Shown one piece after another: positions 1 through 12,797 of a stretch of DNA of 64,000 nucleotides (the stretch's first letter is position 1; every line of letters starts with the position of its first letter). Below the pieces are notes generated by a model, which was given only the letters and a program-made list of their open reading frames with translations, made no database searches and was not told the DNA's origin. The DNA lies in assembly GCA_963575745.1 (NCBI GenBank), contig CAUYUJ010000001.1, positions 2,914,001-2,978,000 on the forward strand, read 5' to 3'. Both the position numbers and the translations under genes were made by a program. This DNA is from Prorocentrum cordatum. Its lineage: Eukaryota.

Positions 1-100
1 TATGTATGTATGTATGTATGTATGTATGTATGTATGTATGTATGTATGTATGTATGTATGTATGTATATATGTATGTATGCATATATACATACATACATA
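1..100. repeat. (TATG)n microsatellite
   Basis: Direct tetranucleotide run, switching to (TACA) at its end. Confidence 0.97.
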
Positions 101-239
101 CTAGTGTGGCGCGTGGATTAAATCCACGGAGTTGAAGGGATACGTGTGTGGCAGTGTGTTCTGGGGTGTGCGACGCAGTGAGCGACCACCGTAGATCTCG
201 CGATATTGTTCGAATGGCGTTTCCTTGCCGCGGGCGACT

Positions 240-870
240 TCGTAGGAAACCCTTTTGAAACTCCTGGGGGAGCTCCAAAGGCCCTCTGGGGCCTTGTAGG
301 ACGCTTGTCGGGCCGTTTTGGCGCCGTCGTGGGCCATTTTGGACGCCTCTTGGGCTGTCTTGGGTCCATATTGGGCCGTATTGGGCCCCACCGCGGCCCC
401 TCCTAGGGTCCTCTTGGGCCGTCTTGGGAGCCTAGCCTCGTGGACCGTCCTGGGGTCGTCATGAGCCATCAGCGGGCCTTCTTGGGAGGTTTTTGGATGG
501 TCGTGGGACGATTTTGGAAGCCTCCGGGGCTGTCGCGGGACGACCCAAAAGGCAAATGTTGCTGACATCGTCAGTTTTCCGCATGGAATGTGGTGTTTTT
601 TGCTGGATGGGTCGCTCTCGGGGGTCTGCTGGGGCCTTCTCTGCGGTCCCATGGGGCCCTCTTGGAGCCGTGGTGGCCGTCAGAGGGGGCAGCCTGGGCC
701 GCCCGAGGGCCGCCTTGGATAGTCTGGGGGCCCCATGGGCCGCGTGGGGGCTCTTCGAGAAGAGTTCTGGCGCTCTTTGGGGGCTCGCGGGGGGCCTTCG
801 GGTGCCCTTTTTCGGGCCCCCTGGGGAGCTCGGGGAACTGGGGGTCCACGCAAACCCGCCAAGGTTCTAA
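240..870 (-). repeat. CCAAGA/GGCCCC-rich dispersed low-complexity repeat (reverse orientation)
   Basis: tcttgg/ggggcc motifs; same texture at ~8850-9010, 11560-11860, 12150-12700, 24060-24240 and 54300-54860. Confidence 0.7.
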
Positions 871-924
871 CCGATTTACTTGAATGACTCGATATCATGT
901 GTTTATAGATATGTGTGTGTCTAT

Positions 925-926
<2 letters not shown>

Positions 927-969
<43 letters not shown>
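927..969. repeat. (AT)n microsatellite
   Basis: Direct run. Confidence 0.97.
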
Positions 970-973
<4 letters not shown>

Positions 974-1300
974 CGGGTGAAACACACACTGCCCTCAGCG
1001 GAGCGGCAGCACACCAGCGCAAAAACGTCCCGAGCACGTCGAATACATGTGCGGAGCGTCGCTTCTCATAGGCGAATCACGGCGGCACGTGCGGCACGAG
1101 GCGTGCCAGAAAGCCGATGAGTAGGAAGAGATGGAGGGGATATAAGAAGCCAAGAAGCTCAGGAGGAGGGGGAGCTGGAGGGGAAAACTGATCGACCAAC
1201 CACCACACACCCCTGCCTCACAGCATGTTGTCAATCTCGACACGCTAGCCGAGAGCTTGACGGTACATCGTCACGTTGATGAGGGCATTGGCTCAGCCGC

Positions 1301-2041
1301 CTAATTCGATGGCCCAATCCTCGGATTCCGCAACATCTGAAGACTGACCGGGGCGCATCTGATCGGGGACCCAATGGACGGCCGACGCTTGCTGGGGAAG
1401 CTTTGGCTGCTGGCCGCTGCGGTTGTCTCGGTGGCGGTGGATCTGACAGATGCCGCATCGTCAGCGGGACTGCGCACTGCCTCGATAAGAATGTCCGAGC
1501 TCTCGCGCAGGTGCCAGAGCTCATTGGACAAGACCCCCTCCAGGGTGAAGACCTTCAGCGCGTCGATGCAGACGGTCACCGTGCTCCCCACCGTCTGCTG
1601 CGTGACGCCCATCGGGCAGAGCCTCTGGACTGCCTGGCGCACCACTGCCAAGACGAGCGGCGCCTCCATGGCCCGGCGCGCAGCCCCGCCCTTCACAGCA
1701 GGGCGGGGGCGTAGCAGACCAGGAGGGCCGGCCCCGCGGGGCTTCTCCCTGACCCAGGCGGGCGCGCCCTCGAACTGCTGGCGGAGCCCTGTCAGCGCCG
1801 GCCCCCCCGCGGGGATGTCGCGCTCCTCGGGGTCCGTGGCCTGCAGCGCGGACAGGCAGTCGGCCTCGAGGCACTGGGTCATGAGGGCCAGGCGCAACGC
1901 CGCCAGGTCGCACCCTGTCGCGACGCTGTGCGTCTGGAGGCCAGACGCCGACCAGCGGTTCTGCAAGTATTCCTCAACGACTTTCGCCTCGGACTTTGCG
2001 GCCAGGAGCTCCACGAAGTCGACGGGGCTCAGGAAGGCCAA
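1301..2041 (-). CDS. Hypothetical coding segment of unknown origin (246 aa, non-ATG start)
   Basis: Protein-like composition and GC3-rich codons; no motif recognised; could be an exon or retroelement debris. Confidence 0.3.
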   Translation of the reverse strand: MAFLSPVDFVELLAAKSEAKVVEEYLQNRWSASGLQTHSVATGCDLAALRLALMTQCLEADCLSALQATDPEERDIPAGGPALTGLRQQFEGAPAWVREKPRGAGPPGLLRPRPAVKGGAARRAMEAPLVLAVVRQAVQRLCPMGVTQQTVGSTVTVCIDALKVFTLEGVLSNELWHLRESSDILIEAVRSPADDAASVRSTATETTAAASSQSFPSKRRPSIGSPIRCAPVSLQMLRNPRIGPSN

Positions 2042-2134
2042 GGGGGCCCGTGAGGGACTGTTTTACAGCGCGCCGCTGCCGACCAAACTCCAGAGCGCAA
2101 GCAATGCAGGGGGCGCCTGGCAGGGATTAAAAGA

Positions 2135-5100
2135 TTAAGGCAACCAGCGCCTGGAGGTCTCAGAGGACAAGGGGCCTCTACAAACCCGGTGCAGGACCTC
2201 GCGCTGGCGCCTGGTGAACTCATGCGGCCCCAGCGCGGCCGCGGGGCGAGGCCCCCGCAGAGAGACTGGGCGAGCTATTGCCCAGGAGCCACATTCACCG
2301 CACAAGGTGCAAGCACCTGTCTGCCACAGAACGCGAGAGGGATGGGCTGCTTTCCCATTGACCCGAGGCGAGACTCGCTCAGGGAGCGGGTCGGGCCGAA
2401 GAGAACGCCAGAGGGGGTCGTCCCTCGCGAGATGGGGCCGCCCAGGCCTCACCCACTTCTTGGCCGTGACCTCCTCCGCCTCCACTGACGAGCCCCTAGC
2501 CCCACCTCCTCCAGCAGAAGGACAGGCAGAGCCGAGCCTCGCTCGGAGTGAGGGGGGCGGCGTCGGATATCGAAGCCCTGCGCGCCCCGCGCGTCCAAAC
2601 CCGAACCGAAGCCCCAGACGTGAGACGAGCCCCTTCGCATCAGCTTCGATCCACCGACGCCTGCGGGGCACCAGATCACGCGGCTGCTCGCGCAGCCGAC
2701 GGTCTGGCTCGGCCTTCGGGGCCGCGCGCTCGAGGATAGTGGAAGCATTGCGTTGAGGCTGAGGCAAGCAACGGAAACGGGCGCATTGCAAATCCGGGAG
2801 GACCCGCAGGAACAAAATTCAATGCACACTTGTCAGACCCAGACCAAAACGACTGATAGCATGGTTCTGCGCCAGCGACGTCGGCAAGCCAGCGCGCAAA
2901 TTCGAAGCGAACATCTGACTCGGAGGCCCCTGCCTGAACGACGATCTGCTTGAACAAAAAGAACAGGGGACCCTGCGGTGCCTCTCCTTGCGCGAGCCAG
3001 CCACTGTTGGAGCCCATCGTGCTCTGGGAGAATAGAACGGGAGCAAGATGACTCGGCGTGGGCCCCTGGAGACTCGGCAACGAGCTCGGGGAATTCTCCA
3101 TGATGCACGCGAGAGCCACGTCGTTCCAAAAATACGCTTACCTGCCGCTGCGCACTAGAACCGCGAGTGCTTGATGTGCGCGGTGGGCAGCAACCAATTG
3201 TTCTTCATCGCGTCGTGAATTGGGGGGGGGGGCGATGATGTGCTGCACCCCAACAGTGGACGCACTTGTAGTAGGTTAAGCTCTGGCAGGACGGCAGCCC
3301 TCGCGATCAGGTCGCATGGGCCCAGCACCCACCAGTCGGTCTTCCGGATTTTGGCATGCGATACGCACTCCCATCGCGCATAAAACCAACGACGCACGTG
3401 CACACGCGAACGCGCAGTCGGAGGCGGCGTAAGTAATCCAACCTTGCTTGGACGAGCACCGAAGGGGCATTGTCCAGAAACCGCCGGGCAGGCTGTAATG
3501 AGCATTCAGGTGCGTGCGAAACCGCGCGTAGCCTGTGCACTCCGTGACCACATGTCTCACCATTGGCCACAGTGCTCCGCGGAATCGGCAGTTCTTGCCT
3601 GTCTGTCGCCCTGTCTCCGTCGTCGCTGCACCCGACCGGAAGATAGACAATGCCAGACGCTGTTGAGACTATAAGGCTCGGCTCCAACGAACAAAGCATG
3701 CGGGGGGGCACGCATCAATGTCGACCTCCCCTATGTCTTCTCAATCTTGACGGCGAAAGGGCACCGTCTGCAAGCGCGTGATACGGGCCAGCAACCGAAG
3801 GGCATGCTGAACGCTCTAGTTGCACGCTGGGGTACCTCGAGTCCAAAACAACCAGAGGTCATCCACCATAGGTTCCACGGCAGCCCGCACTCGATGTCCG
3901 GGCATTGGGGCCGCCTCTACCTGGCAACCACGATTCGCTGAGAATCGGATAAAACGAAGTCCAAGGACCTCGGCGCGCGCGGTCATCGACGCGTCTAGGA
4001 ACGAGCTCCAGGCAAACATTTCGTCGGCGACGGTTTCGATTGCGATCGCGGCAGCGCCGCATGTAGGACGAAGCAAGATGTACTGGCAACACCATCTACC
4101 CAGGCACCATCAATCGCTGTTGCTTCGCCAGATGGCTCTGGCCAGCTTCCTGGCTGGATCCAGCGGCGGCGGGGCCACCGCGGGGCTTGCCCATATCCAA
4201 AGAGGTTCGATGTAAACGCAGGCCAGCCTTGCTCGAGCAAAGGCCGACCCTGGAGTTGTTGCCAGGATGTCGATACCCCATTGCACCTTCTCCCAACGCT
4301 TTCTGGGAACAATCTCGATGCGCGGGTCTGTCGGCGCAGCCGACGCGCCCAAGTGTGTCCACCGCAGTAAGTACTAGAGAATCTGCGGACCGCAACTGTC
4401 GTTTGCCTTTGTTCTCCGCGAAGCCAACGCTGCCGTCGGACTCAGCGGCGAGCCCCAGGTCGCCTCGGAGGGACTGGTCGCTGTCCGCGTCGAGGGACCT
4501 GTCGCCCATGTAACGTGATGATGATCCATGGGATGCCGCAGGGCCAAGCATGCGAGCACGGCTGCTGGGGCTGCGCTGTCTCCCCGGGCCAACAATCGCC
4601 GCGGCGAGTGCCGGGGGCCAACTCCCCAGCGATAGAACAGTTGCGTGGACCTGCCCACGCTGCTGCGCGCGTGCGCATCATGGCGGGGGGCATCTAGTCC
4701 AGAACTGTCAGTGCAATGTCGTGGGGAATGTTGTCGCGCGCACGGCTGAGGTCCAGCTCGGCTCCATCCGAAGCCTCGCTGCACCAGCCAGGAGGTGATG
4801 GCGCGGGTGGCGCTCGCGCTCGATCGGTTGGCCCACTGGTTGGCGGGGGGTGCCGGCGCTGACTTGGCCAGCGCCTGCAGCCGCGGCCCCGGCAGCACGG
4901 GGCCCGCTAAGATTGGGCGCGTGTCATTCTCACCCTTGGGCAAGCCGGCCGCGCGCCACCCGTGCGCGAGGGCGAGCAGCTCTATGCCCAACTTCCCCTT
5001 GCAGGCAATGCAAGTCATGGCGCATCTATCCAGAGGTGGTATAATTCATCTAGACCCTCAGGAAATACTTCACAAAATAGCCTCAGCTCTCCGAAGCTCC

Positions 5101-7100
5101 ATCCGTCTAGTCCCGCACTGCCCCTAGACTTCAGAACCCCGGCGTCGCACTCTTCCTCGCTAACGAACCAGTCTTTCGGCTTGGAGGCCCCGAGGAAAGA
5201 CGCCCCCGCAGCGCGCCGCGTCCAGTTGTCTGGTCGAACTTCTGGGCTGCGCTTGGCAGGGCGCCGCTGGCCCCCCCGCTGCTCGGGCATTTCTGACGCA
5301 AGCATGGCGGCCGAAGCCCCCGCGGACCATATGTGGGGTAGCAATCCCGCGAACTGCCCATGCTATTGTTGGCGCGCAGACTTTCTTGCTTGTTGTTCCT
5401 CAGCAGTGGCGCTGGTCGAAATCCAAGCGAGGGCGTCCGCGCACGAGGCCTCTCCATTGGAAGCCGTTCTGATGATCCCGTCCACCGTTGCGTTGGCCAA
5501 GTCGCCACGGCGCTTTGGTAGTTGGGCGTCAGCGTCGCCCCAGTGCGCAAGTATTCTGAGAACCGACGGCGCAGGCGTGATAGAAGGCGGCGCGCCATCG
5601 ACAGATCCACACTATGAGGAGGAAAAGGGTGGCGCAAATCTCTGCGACGGGCACGAACCTTTCGGTCGCTCCACAGGGCGGTCGTGTTCTACAATCCCGC
5701 GGGCGGCCGCTACCATGAGTGCATGTTCGGCTCTGTGGTGCCAATATTTCCAGCGCTCGATCAGCGAGGGGTCGATGTCGCCCTCGAGGTCGAGGTCAAT
5801 CCCCCCCGCCGCGCGTGGCGCTGCAGCTTCCTGATCCAGGAATTTTCGGAGCATGGCTTTCTCGGCGTCACTGCTGCCCCTCAACTTCGCGGATGAGGCC
5901 GTGCGTTTGAGGCGCGTGCGGGCCAGATCTTGACAAACGGTATGTTCAGAACATCTGATGCACGGCAGCGGCGTGGTTCACCTGGTAGAGCGGCGACGCC
6001 CGCGCAAAGAGGGGCCTTCCCAACAGGTGGCCGCCAGAAGAACGCCCTCGTGGGTGCCGCGCCCGACAAGGTGGTGACAGGTGCGGCCCCGTCCGCTGTA
6101 GTGTCATGCTGCCGGCCCAGCGGTAGGATGGCCCAGTAGCATGGTTTCCAGCTGAGGTCTCCCACGACATGCAGTGGATGTCCCTGGTGGCCATGCGCGC
6201 TAAAGATCTCCGTGAATGCATGAACTTCATGAGCCATTCAGGGTCTTTCAAATGTGGTCCGTAGACCGACAGGCATGTAGACAGCTTCGTTCGCACCTCA
6301 ACCACTTTGCGGGCACAGAAAGTGTCGCGGATCACGTGAAAACGTCCAAGAGTACGGCGCCACAGCACGGCCACCATACGGTCGTAGTTAATGGCATTGC
6401 GGCCGTCCCTGTTGGTCGGCAAATTTGCCCAGACCAGCAGATGTTGAACCTTGTCTCACCGCATCTGCACGTAAAACAAATATATTTTCTCGTCTGCCTT
6501 GCAGGTGGCGGATGTGCGACTTTGCCAAATTCTCGCCCACACCATCGCAGAATATGTCCTTGCAGTCGATGTCCAGCCGGCTCACGCAGTATATCGAGTA
6601 GTTACATAGCCCATGGCCCCCATGGTCCGCAGGAACTCAACTGTACCCGAGAGGCCAGAAAAGTACACACCTGACACCTCGTGAACAGGTCTGGGATCCT
6701 GGATCGGGCTTACGCTGTAGAGCGCCCGCTCGGGGAAGGTTTCCACCACGTCCTCATGAGAGTCACGAAGAGAATAGCTCGGGCCTCGGAGTCTGCGAGA
6801 AGCCGAGATGGCGCGGTCCCACTTGGTTGGTTTACCCTGCACCGGTTCGGCGAGCATCTCGTCCACGACCTCTACATCGTTGTCTCAAATGATAAGGGAC
6901 TTCGGCACGACAGGACGATAGCTTCGCAGATTGGCGTTGCGACAGCGGCTTGTTAGCGATAGACTCGGCCCCATCGCTCGACAAGAGCACCTCCACTGAA
7001 TTCGAAGCGGAATGAACAAGTTGTTTAGCAACGCGGGGGGCAATTTTTATTGACTCTTCGTGGCGCCGTGCGTCCTGCCGCGCGCCCGCACTGTAAGACC
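2135..7100 (-). mobile_element. Decayed non-LTR retrotransposon ORF2 (APE endonuclease, RT, C-terminal Cys motifs)
   Basis: Motifs in LINE order across shifted frames: VYGPH and HVVGDLSW (endonuclease, ~6150-6270); KSRGSAGLDGWS (~5100); WRAAGLPKGENDTRPI (RT, ~4900-4960); GGFWT...RWEC (~3360-3490); TLCGECGSWA (~2280-2310). Ends approximate. Confidence 0.75.
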
Positions 7101-7757
7101 TGAGCATCCTGAAAATCACGAGTTATCGGCAGTGTACTGCACATGGACTGGGCCAGAGCTGTGGGTTTGGTTCCATATGGAAAAAACTGAATCCATAGAT
7201 AACGCCCAACACAGCATTATCATCGATAACCTATACAGCGTGGTTTTGTCGTGTTCCGACCACATAACTAACAACACGTCCAGCAGACATACAAAACTCA
7301 AGTGGTACGCTGGCGGAAACCGAATCCAAGTGGTACCTTGACGCAAACCTTGCATGGAATCCGGGGGCATCGATGACATATAATCCATTAACCATGAGTC
7401 CCACATTCAGCGTTGATGTCAAGCTGAAAACGACAAATAGAAAACACGCGTGACCTTGTACCAAAAAAACTATATCCAGCGATGCTGTCAACCACGACCC
7501 GCAATGTGTCTCTACCCTCGTTCGACACCATGAGCGCATATATGATTAATATGGCAGCGGATCAACAAGACAAATGACACACATACGCATTTCGAAGAAG
7601 GTCTGGCCGACTCGCTCAGGTTCGCCAGAGGCTTCGATGAAGTGTTTGATCCAGCGCCCGTCTGGCCACGGCATTATCAGTGGGTGTGAACGTGTCTTTG
7701 ACCATCGAGACGCCTCATCATCTGCGGAAGAATTTACAATTCTTCCGCAGAAAGTAT

Positions 7758-7846
7758 TTGGTCAGAGCAAGGTATGCTCTGACAAAGGTATGCTTGGTCA
7801 GAGCATACCTTAGTCAGAGCAAAATTTGCTCTGACCAAGGTATGCT
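7758..7846. repeat. Nested inverted-repeat cluster (GTCAGAGCA / AAGGTATGC units)
   Basis: aaggtatgctctgac...gtcagagcatacctt 15-bp stem; gtcagagcaaa-a-tttgctctgac 11-bp stem; gtcagagca-aggta-tgctctgac 9-bp stem. Confidence 0.9.
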
Positions 7847-8083
7847 TTCATAGTGCATCTCTCCAAGGGGTCTAGATGTACCCAACGGTTTCAAGCGGGT
7901 CTCCAGTGGCAGACCCAGCTTTTGCCAACATGGCAACGGAATTCAACATCACGCATCCATTTATATAAGTGTACATCTATATACAGGATGCGGCATTGTT
8001 GCTTCATGGTTCGGGAAACTACGCACGGATCACAAGCGTTCGCTCATTCACTAAACAGTCATTCCGGAATTTAATTTACATTG

Positions 8084-8290
8084 TCATTCATTCGTTCACT
8101 CATCAATTCATTCATCCACGCATTTATTCATTCATTCATTCATTCATGATCCTCCTCCCTCCTCCCCCTCTTCCTCCTCCTCCTCCTCCTCCTCCTCCTC
8201 CTCCTCTCCTCCTTCCTCCCCATCCTCCCTCCCTCCTCCCGCCCCTCATGTTTCTCCTCCTTCCTCCTCCCTTCTCCTCCCTCCTGTCTC
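8084..8290. repeat. (TTCA)n followed by (TCC)n microsatellites
   Basis: Direct runs. Confidence 0.9.
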
Positions 8291-9718
8291 CCCCGCGCAC
8301 ACCCAAACTTGTTTTCTGGGCGGCACAAGCGCTTCGCCCGAGATGGTATAACACGTTTTAAATCCCTACACTCCTCTGGGCGTTGGAGAACAGACGATCG
8401 CCGCCTTTATGAATTTGTGCACCCACCACCACCAGTCCAGGAGCAAACTTTGAACCATGACAGCACGCCCCCGCCATCTCTGTCAAAAAGCAACACGAAG
8501 TACACTCTGCGGCAAGATCCAGACCACGCGCGGGCTTCGCGGAGGCCCATCATCAAAATCATAAGAAACCATACGAACTATACAGTGGGGGCCATTCCGC
8601 AAAAAACCTTGCACAAGAAACCCAATTCTTAGACCCCAGGACGTCCCTTGATTGTTGGTGTGGGAACGTCGCGTTCTCCATCGCAACACCATCGAAACCC
8701 AAGCAACCCACGGCACCATGGAGTCAAGCAGGGTGTTTCTTGGCATGGGCCTCCACTGTGCGAGTTATACGCTGCGGCGAAATCTTGCCCACTTTGCACT
8801 GTCATCGGGCACGGGTGGGGTGCGCTGGGCGTCAGAACGTCCAAGATAGCCCTACGAAGATGATTTCCAAGATGGGCCCGCGTTGGCCCAAGATGGCCTC
8901 CCATGTGGTGTCAGACGGCACACATTGGCTCGGGATGGCCTGCAGCATGTCTCCCAGAAACCCCAGGACCACCAGAGACGGCCAGAGGTGGCCACGGAGC
9001 CCCCAGGATGCCCCCCATAGGTACGATCTCCCCGAACGGTGCTCGCACGGGTGGATCTCACATCTGTTACCGAATCATTCGCCTGGGTCGCTGGCTTTCA
9101 CTCAACGGGCGCCTGTGCCTGCCTCGTGCACGCCCCAAGCGCTGGCCGGTTCAGAAGCCAGGCGAAGGCCGGCAAGCCCGTGGCTGCAAAAACGGAGCTC
9201 CAGAACATTGTTTTCCCTTCCAGGAAGCAGCCCGTTTACAATTTAGTGCGCTGAGTATTTCTGTGGAAACTTATTTTCCCCCATATCCTAAGATAAGGTT
9301 CTTGTCATTACTTAGACCGCGCGGAACACAGGAACACAGGAAGGAAGGAAGGAAAGAAGGAAGGAAGGAACACACCTCCCACCCTCAGGTCATCATTCTT
9401 CCCCATATCCTGAGGATGGGGCTCTTGCTATTACTTTGACCGCGCGGAGAACGAGAACACACCTCCCACCCTCAGGTCATCATTCTCTGACTCACTCGCG
9501 TGTAGACTCACTCATTTTCAGACTCACTCATACTCAGATGCACTCGCCCTGATACTAATGATACTTAGGTTTCTCATGCTCGGGGTCACTCATATACAGA
9601 CTCACTCGCACTTCACATCGCTTTTTTAGGCTCAAGGTTAATAATACTCAGGTCATTCGCCGTCGTAGTGTCCGTAGGTTCGTCGCGGGTGGCCTTTCCC
9701 TCCCGGCCCCTGGCCCGG

Positions 9719-9790
9719 CCCTGCTGCTGCTGTTGCTGCGGCTGCTGCTGCTGCTGCTGCTCCTCCTCCTCCTCCTCCTCCTCTTCCTCC
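9719..9790. repeat. (CTG)n(CTC)n microsatellite
   Basis: Direct runs. Confidence 0.92.
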
Positions 9791-10158
9791 CCCCTGCTTT
9801 CCCTCCGCTTCTGCTCGTTGCTTCCCTCCCTTTCCTTTCCTCCAGCTCCCTGCCTGCTGTTTCCGCCTGGTCCGTTTTCTGCCTGCCCGCCCGCCCCGCC
9901 GGCCCTGGCCTCCCGCCTGGGCGTTCGTCGTCGTCTGCCTGCTTCTCCCATCCTCGTCCCCTTCCGCCGGGCCGCGTTGCCTGCCCGGAGCCAGCGTGGC
10001 GGCATGTAGGGTTTCTTCTCCGACTCTGCTCTGAACTTAGCGGCAGTGTTTGAGTCGAGCTTTTGTTCCCAGATCTCCCTCAGGTCACTCACACACACTC
10101 ACACTCACACTCACTCAGACTCATACTCAGACTCACTCACACCCAGACTCACTCACAC

Positions 10159-10922
10159 GATGTCTCAGGCGAGGCGCTGGTTTCAGCACTCCCAGAGGGG
10201 GGCCGCCAGGGGGTATTTCACGGGCCCGTTCTTCGCGCCCAGATCGGGAGGATGTCTCAGGCGGTTTGCCTGATTCGGTGCTCAACATCCTCCTCTTTCG
10301 GAGCAGTCTCCGAGGATGTCTCAGGCGAGGCGCTGGTTCCAGCACTCCCAAAGGGGGGCCGCCAGGGGGCATCTCATCGGCCCGTTCGCGCCCAGATTGG
10401 GGGGATGTCTCAGGCGGTTTGACTGTTTGGGTGCTCAACAGCCTTCTCTTTCGGAGCAGTTTCCGAGGATGTCTCAGGCGAGGGTGCTGGTTGCAGCAAT
10501 CCCAAGGGGGGGCGCCAGGGGGTATCTCACGGGCCCGTTCGCGCCCAGATTGGGGGGATGTCTCAGGCGGGTTGCCTGGTTGGGTGCTCAACATCCTTCC
10601 CATTCGGAGCAGTTTCCGAGGATGTCTCAGGCGAGGTGCTGGTTTCAGCACTCTCAAGGGGAGCCGCCAGGGGGTATCTCATTGGCCCGCTCGCGCACAG
10701 ATTGGGGGGATGTCTCAGGCGGGTTGCCTGGTTGGGTGCTCAACGTCGTCCTTCTCTTTCGAAGCAGTTTCCGAGGATGTCTCAAGCGAGGTGCTGGTTG
10801 CAGCACTCCCAAAGGGGGGGCGGCAGGGGGTATCTCACAGGCCCGTTCGCGCCCAGAGTGGGGGGATGTCTCAGGCGGTTTGCCTGCTTGGGTGCTCAAC
10901 ATCCTTCTCTTTCGGAGCAGTT
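10159..10922. repeat. ~154-bp tandem repeat, 5 units
   Basis: Units start gatgtctca(g/a)gcgag at ~10159, 10315, 10468, 10621 and 10776; GATGTCTCAGGCG recurs once inside each unit. Confidence 0.95.
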
Positions 10923-12049
10923 TTCTTTCGGCGCCCTCATAGGTGTTCAGAGGAAAAGACAGAGAAAGAGGAGGACACTGAGGAGGAGAAGGAGGAGGAG
11001 GAGGAGGAAGAAAGAAGGAGGAAGCAACTAGCTAAAGTCGTCGTAGTCGTCGGCGTCTCTCCCGGCTTCGTCTTCCAAACGAGTTCGCTGACACTCAGAT
11101 ATTGAATAGGACAATGCCTTCTACCGAAACATGCCATCACTATGCTATGCGCATATGAGGATCTCCGCGTCGAGTAATTCTCTTCCGGGAACACCGCTTT
11201 AGCAGCCACGGATTTGCCAGCCCTCGCCCAGCTTCTGACTGGTGGTTCTGGACTTTCCAGTGGGCGCCTGTGCCCACCTCGTGCCCGCCCTGTTGGCTGT
11301 CTGGCGGTTCTGGACTTGTGCCGCATAGTTTGCACCGCTTTTCCCCCTCTTCTAAAGGTTAATCGACTTCCCCCCCCCCTGCCGAGGCCAGACCCGACCA
11401 ACCCCCTCCGCGCACTGGCTTGTCATGCACAAAACGGCGCCATGCCGCCGAAGGGCACATGTGCGGCTTCCGACTTCGTATGAGTAGCGTGCCGCTTCTC
11501 GCGGTGATCCCTGCGTGTGGTTGTTGCTGATTCTTCCTCCTCTTCCTCCGCTTCTGCAGCAGGGCTTCTTGGGGGCCTCTTGAAGACCTCGTTGGCGGCC
11601 TCTGGAAGCCGTTCTGGAAGCTCCCAGGGGCTTCGGGAGAACCCTCTGGGCCTTCTTGGGGGCCTCTTGGGGCCTTCGCGGGGGTCTCGGGGACCATCCC
11701 GCGGGGGAGGGCTTCAGGAGCCCCTGCGAGTGGCCCTCTCTCTCTCTCTCGGGCTGCTCTTGGGGCCCCCTTCGCGGCCTTCTTGGCCGTCTCCTGCGAG
11801 CCCCACGGGGTCCTTCCGGGGCGCCTCTCGGGCCGCCTCCGGGCCTCCCGGGGATGCGCGGCAGATTCTTGTTGCGCGGCTGGATGCGCGGCAGATGCTT
11901 GAGGCCACCCCCCCGTCGCGGGTGCGGGGTGGTCCTTCCTAATCGCCAAAAGTCTGCCGCCACCGTGCCTCTGGGCACGGAGTGGGCGTGTCCTCAGGTC
12001 CTTTGCCTAAATCCTCTGAGCCTCAGTCCTCCATCCTGAGGAGTCTAAG

Positions 12050-12700
12050 GCCCTGGACCCCAATTTCCAAAATCTCTTACGGCTTCCCGCGTGCCCCCTG
12101 GGGTCTGGCGCATCTTGTCGCACGAATTGTTCGGGCCCGTGCGGGCCCGAAGACGGGCCAAAAGGGCCCCACGCGGCCTCCAAGACGCCCAGCGAGGGCC
12201 CCCAGACACCCAAAGATCGTTCCAAAATGCCCAAGATGGCATCAAGATGGCCCAAGAGGCCTCCAAGATGCCCCAAGAGGCCTCAAAAGAGGCGTCCCAA
12301 GAGGGCCCCAAGAAGCAAACATCATACATGTTCGACTGTTTTTCGAAAGACTTTGGCGTTCGCGCCTTTCCGGGATTCCGATCGCTCCAAGACGGCCCAA
12401 GAGACCCCCAAGACCACCCCGAAACGGCCAAATAGGCATTCAAGAGGGCTCCAAAACAGCCTAAAAGCATTCCCAAACGGCCCAATAGGTACCCAAGACA
12501 GCCCAAATGGGCCCCAAGACGGCCCCCAAAGGGGTCTAACAGAGGGAACGTCAACTGAAAATCCGAGCCTTCCGCCCCAAGATGCCTCAAGAGGCCCCAC
12601 AACGGCCCCCAAGAGGCCTCCAAACTGCCTCCAAGAGGCCCCCGAGAGGCCTCCCACGAGATCCCAACAAACATCCAATAGGCTTCAGATCCAAAACCCA
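12050..12700 (+). repeat. CCAAGA-rich dispersed repeat
   Basis: Dense ccaaga/ggcccc motifs, same family as 54300-54860. Confidence 0.75.
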
Positions 12701-12797
12701 GGCACGGCGGCGGGATGGTGCGAAGGCCAGTTGATAAGGGCTTGAGCGCCGAGTTTTCCTCAGGCCCCTCTTCTTCTGTACAAGACCACGAAGGTGA

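Noticed and set aside
9616..9636. TTTTTTAGGCTCAAG possible SL relic
   Set aside because: Needs a gap, the 5' half matches poorly and no coding sequence follows
10159..10922. CRISPR-like array of GATGTCTCAGGCG
   Set aside because: The intervening sequences are themselves repeated, no cas genes are present and the context is eukaryotic
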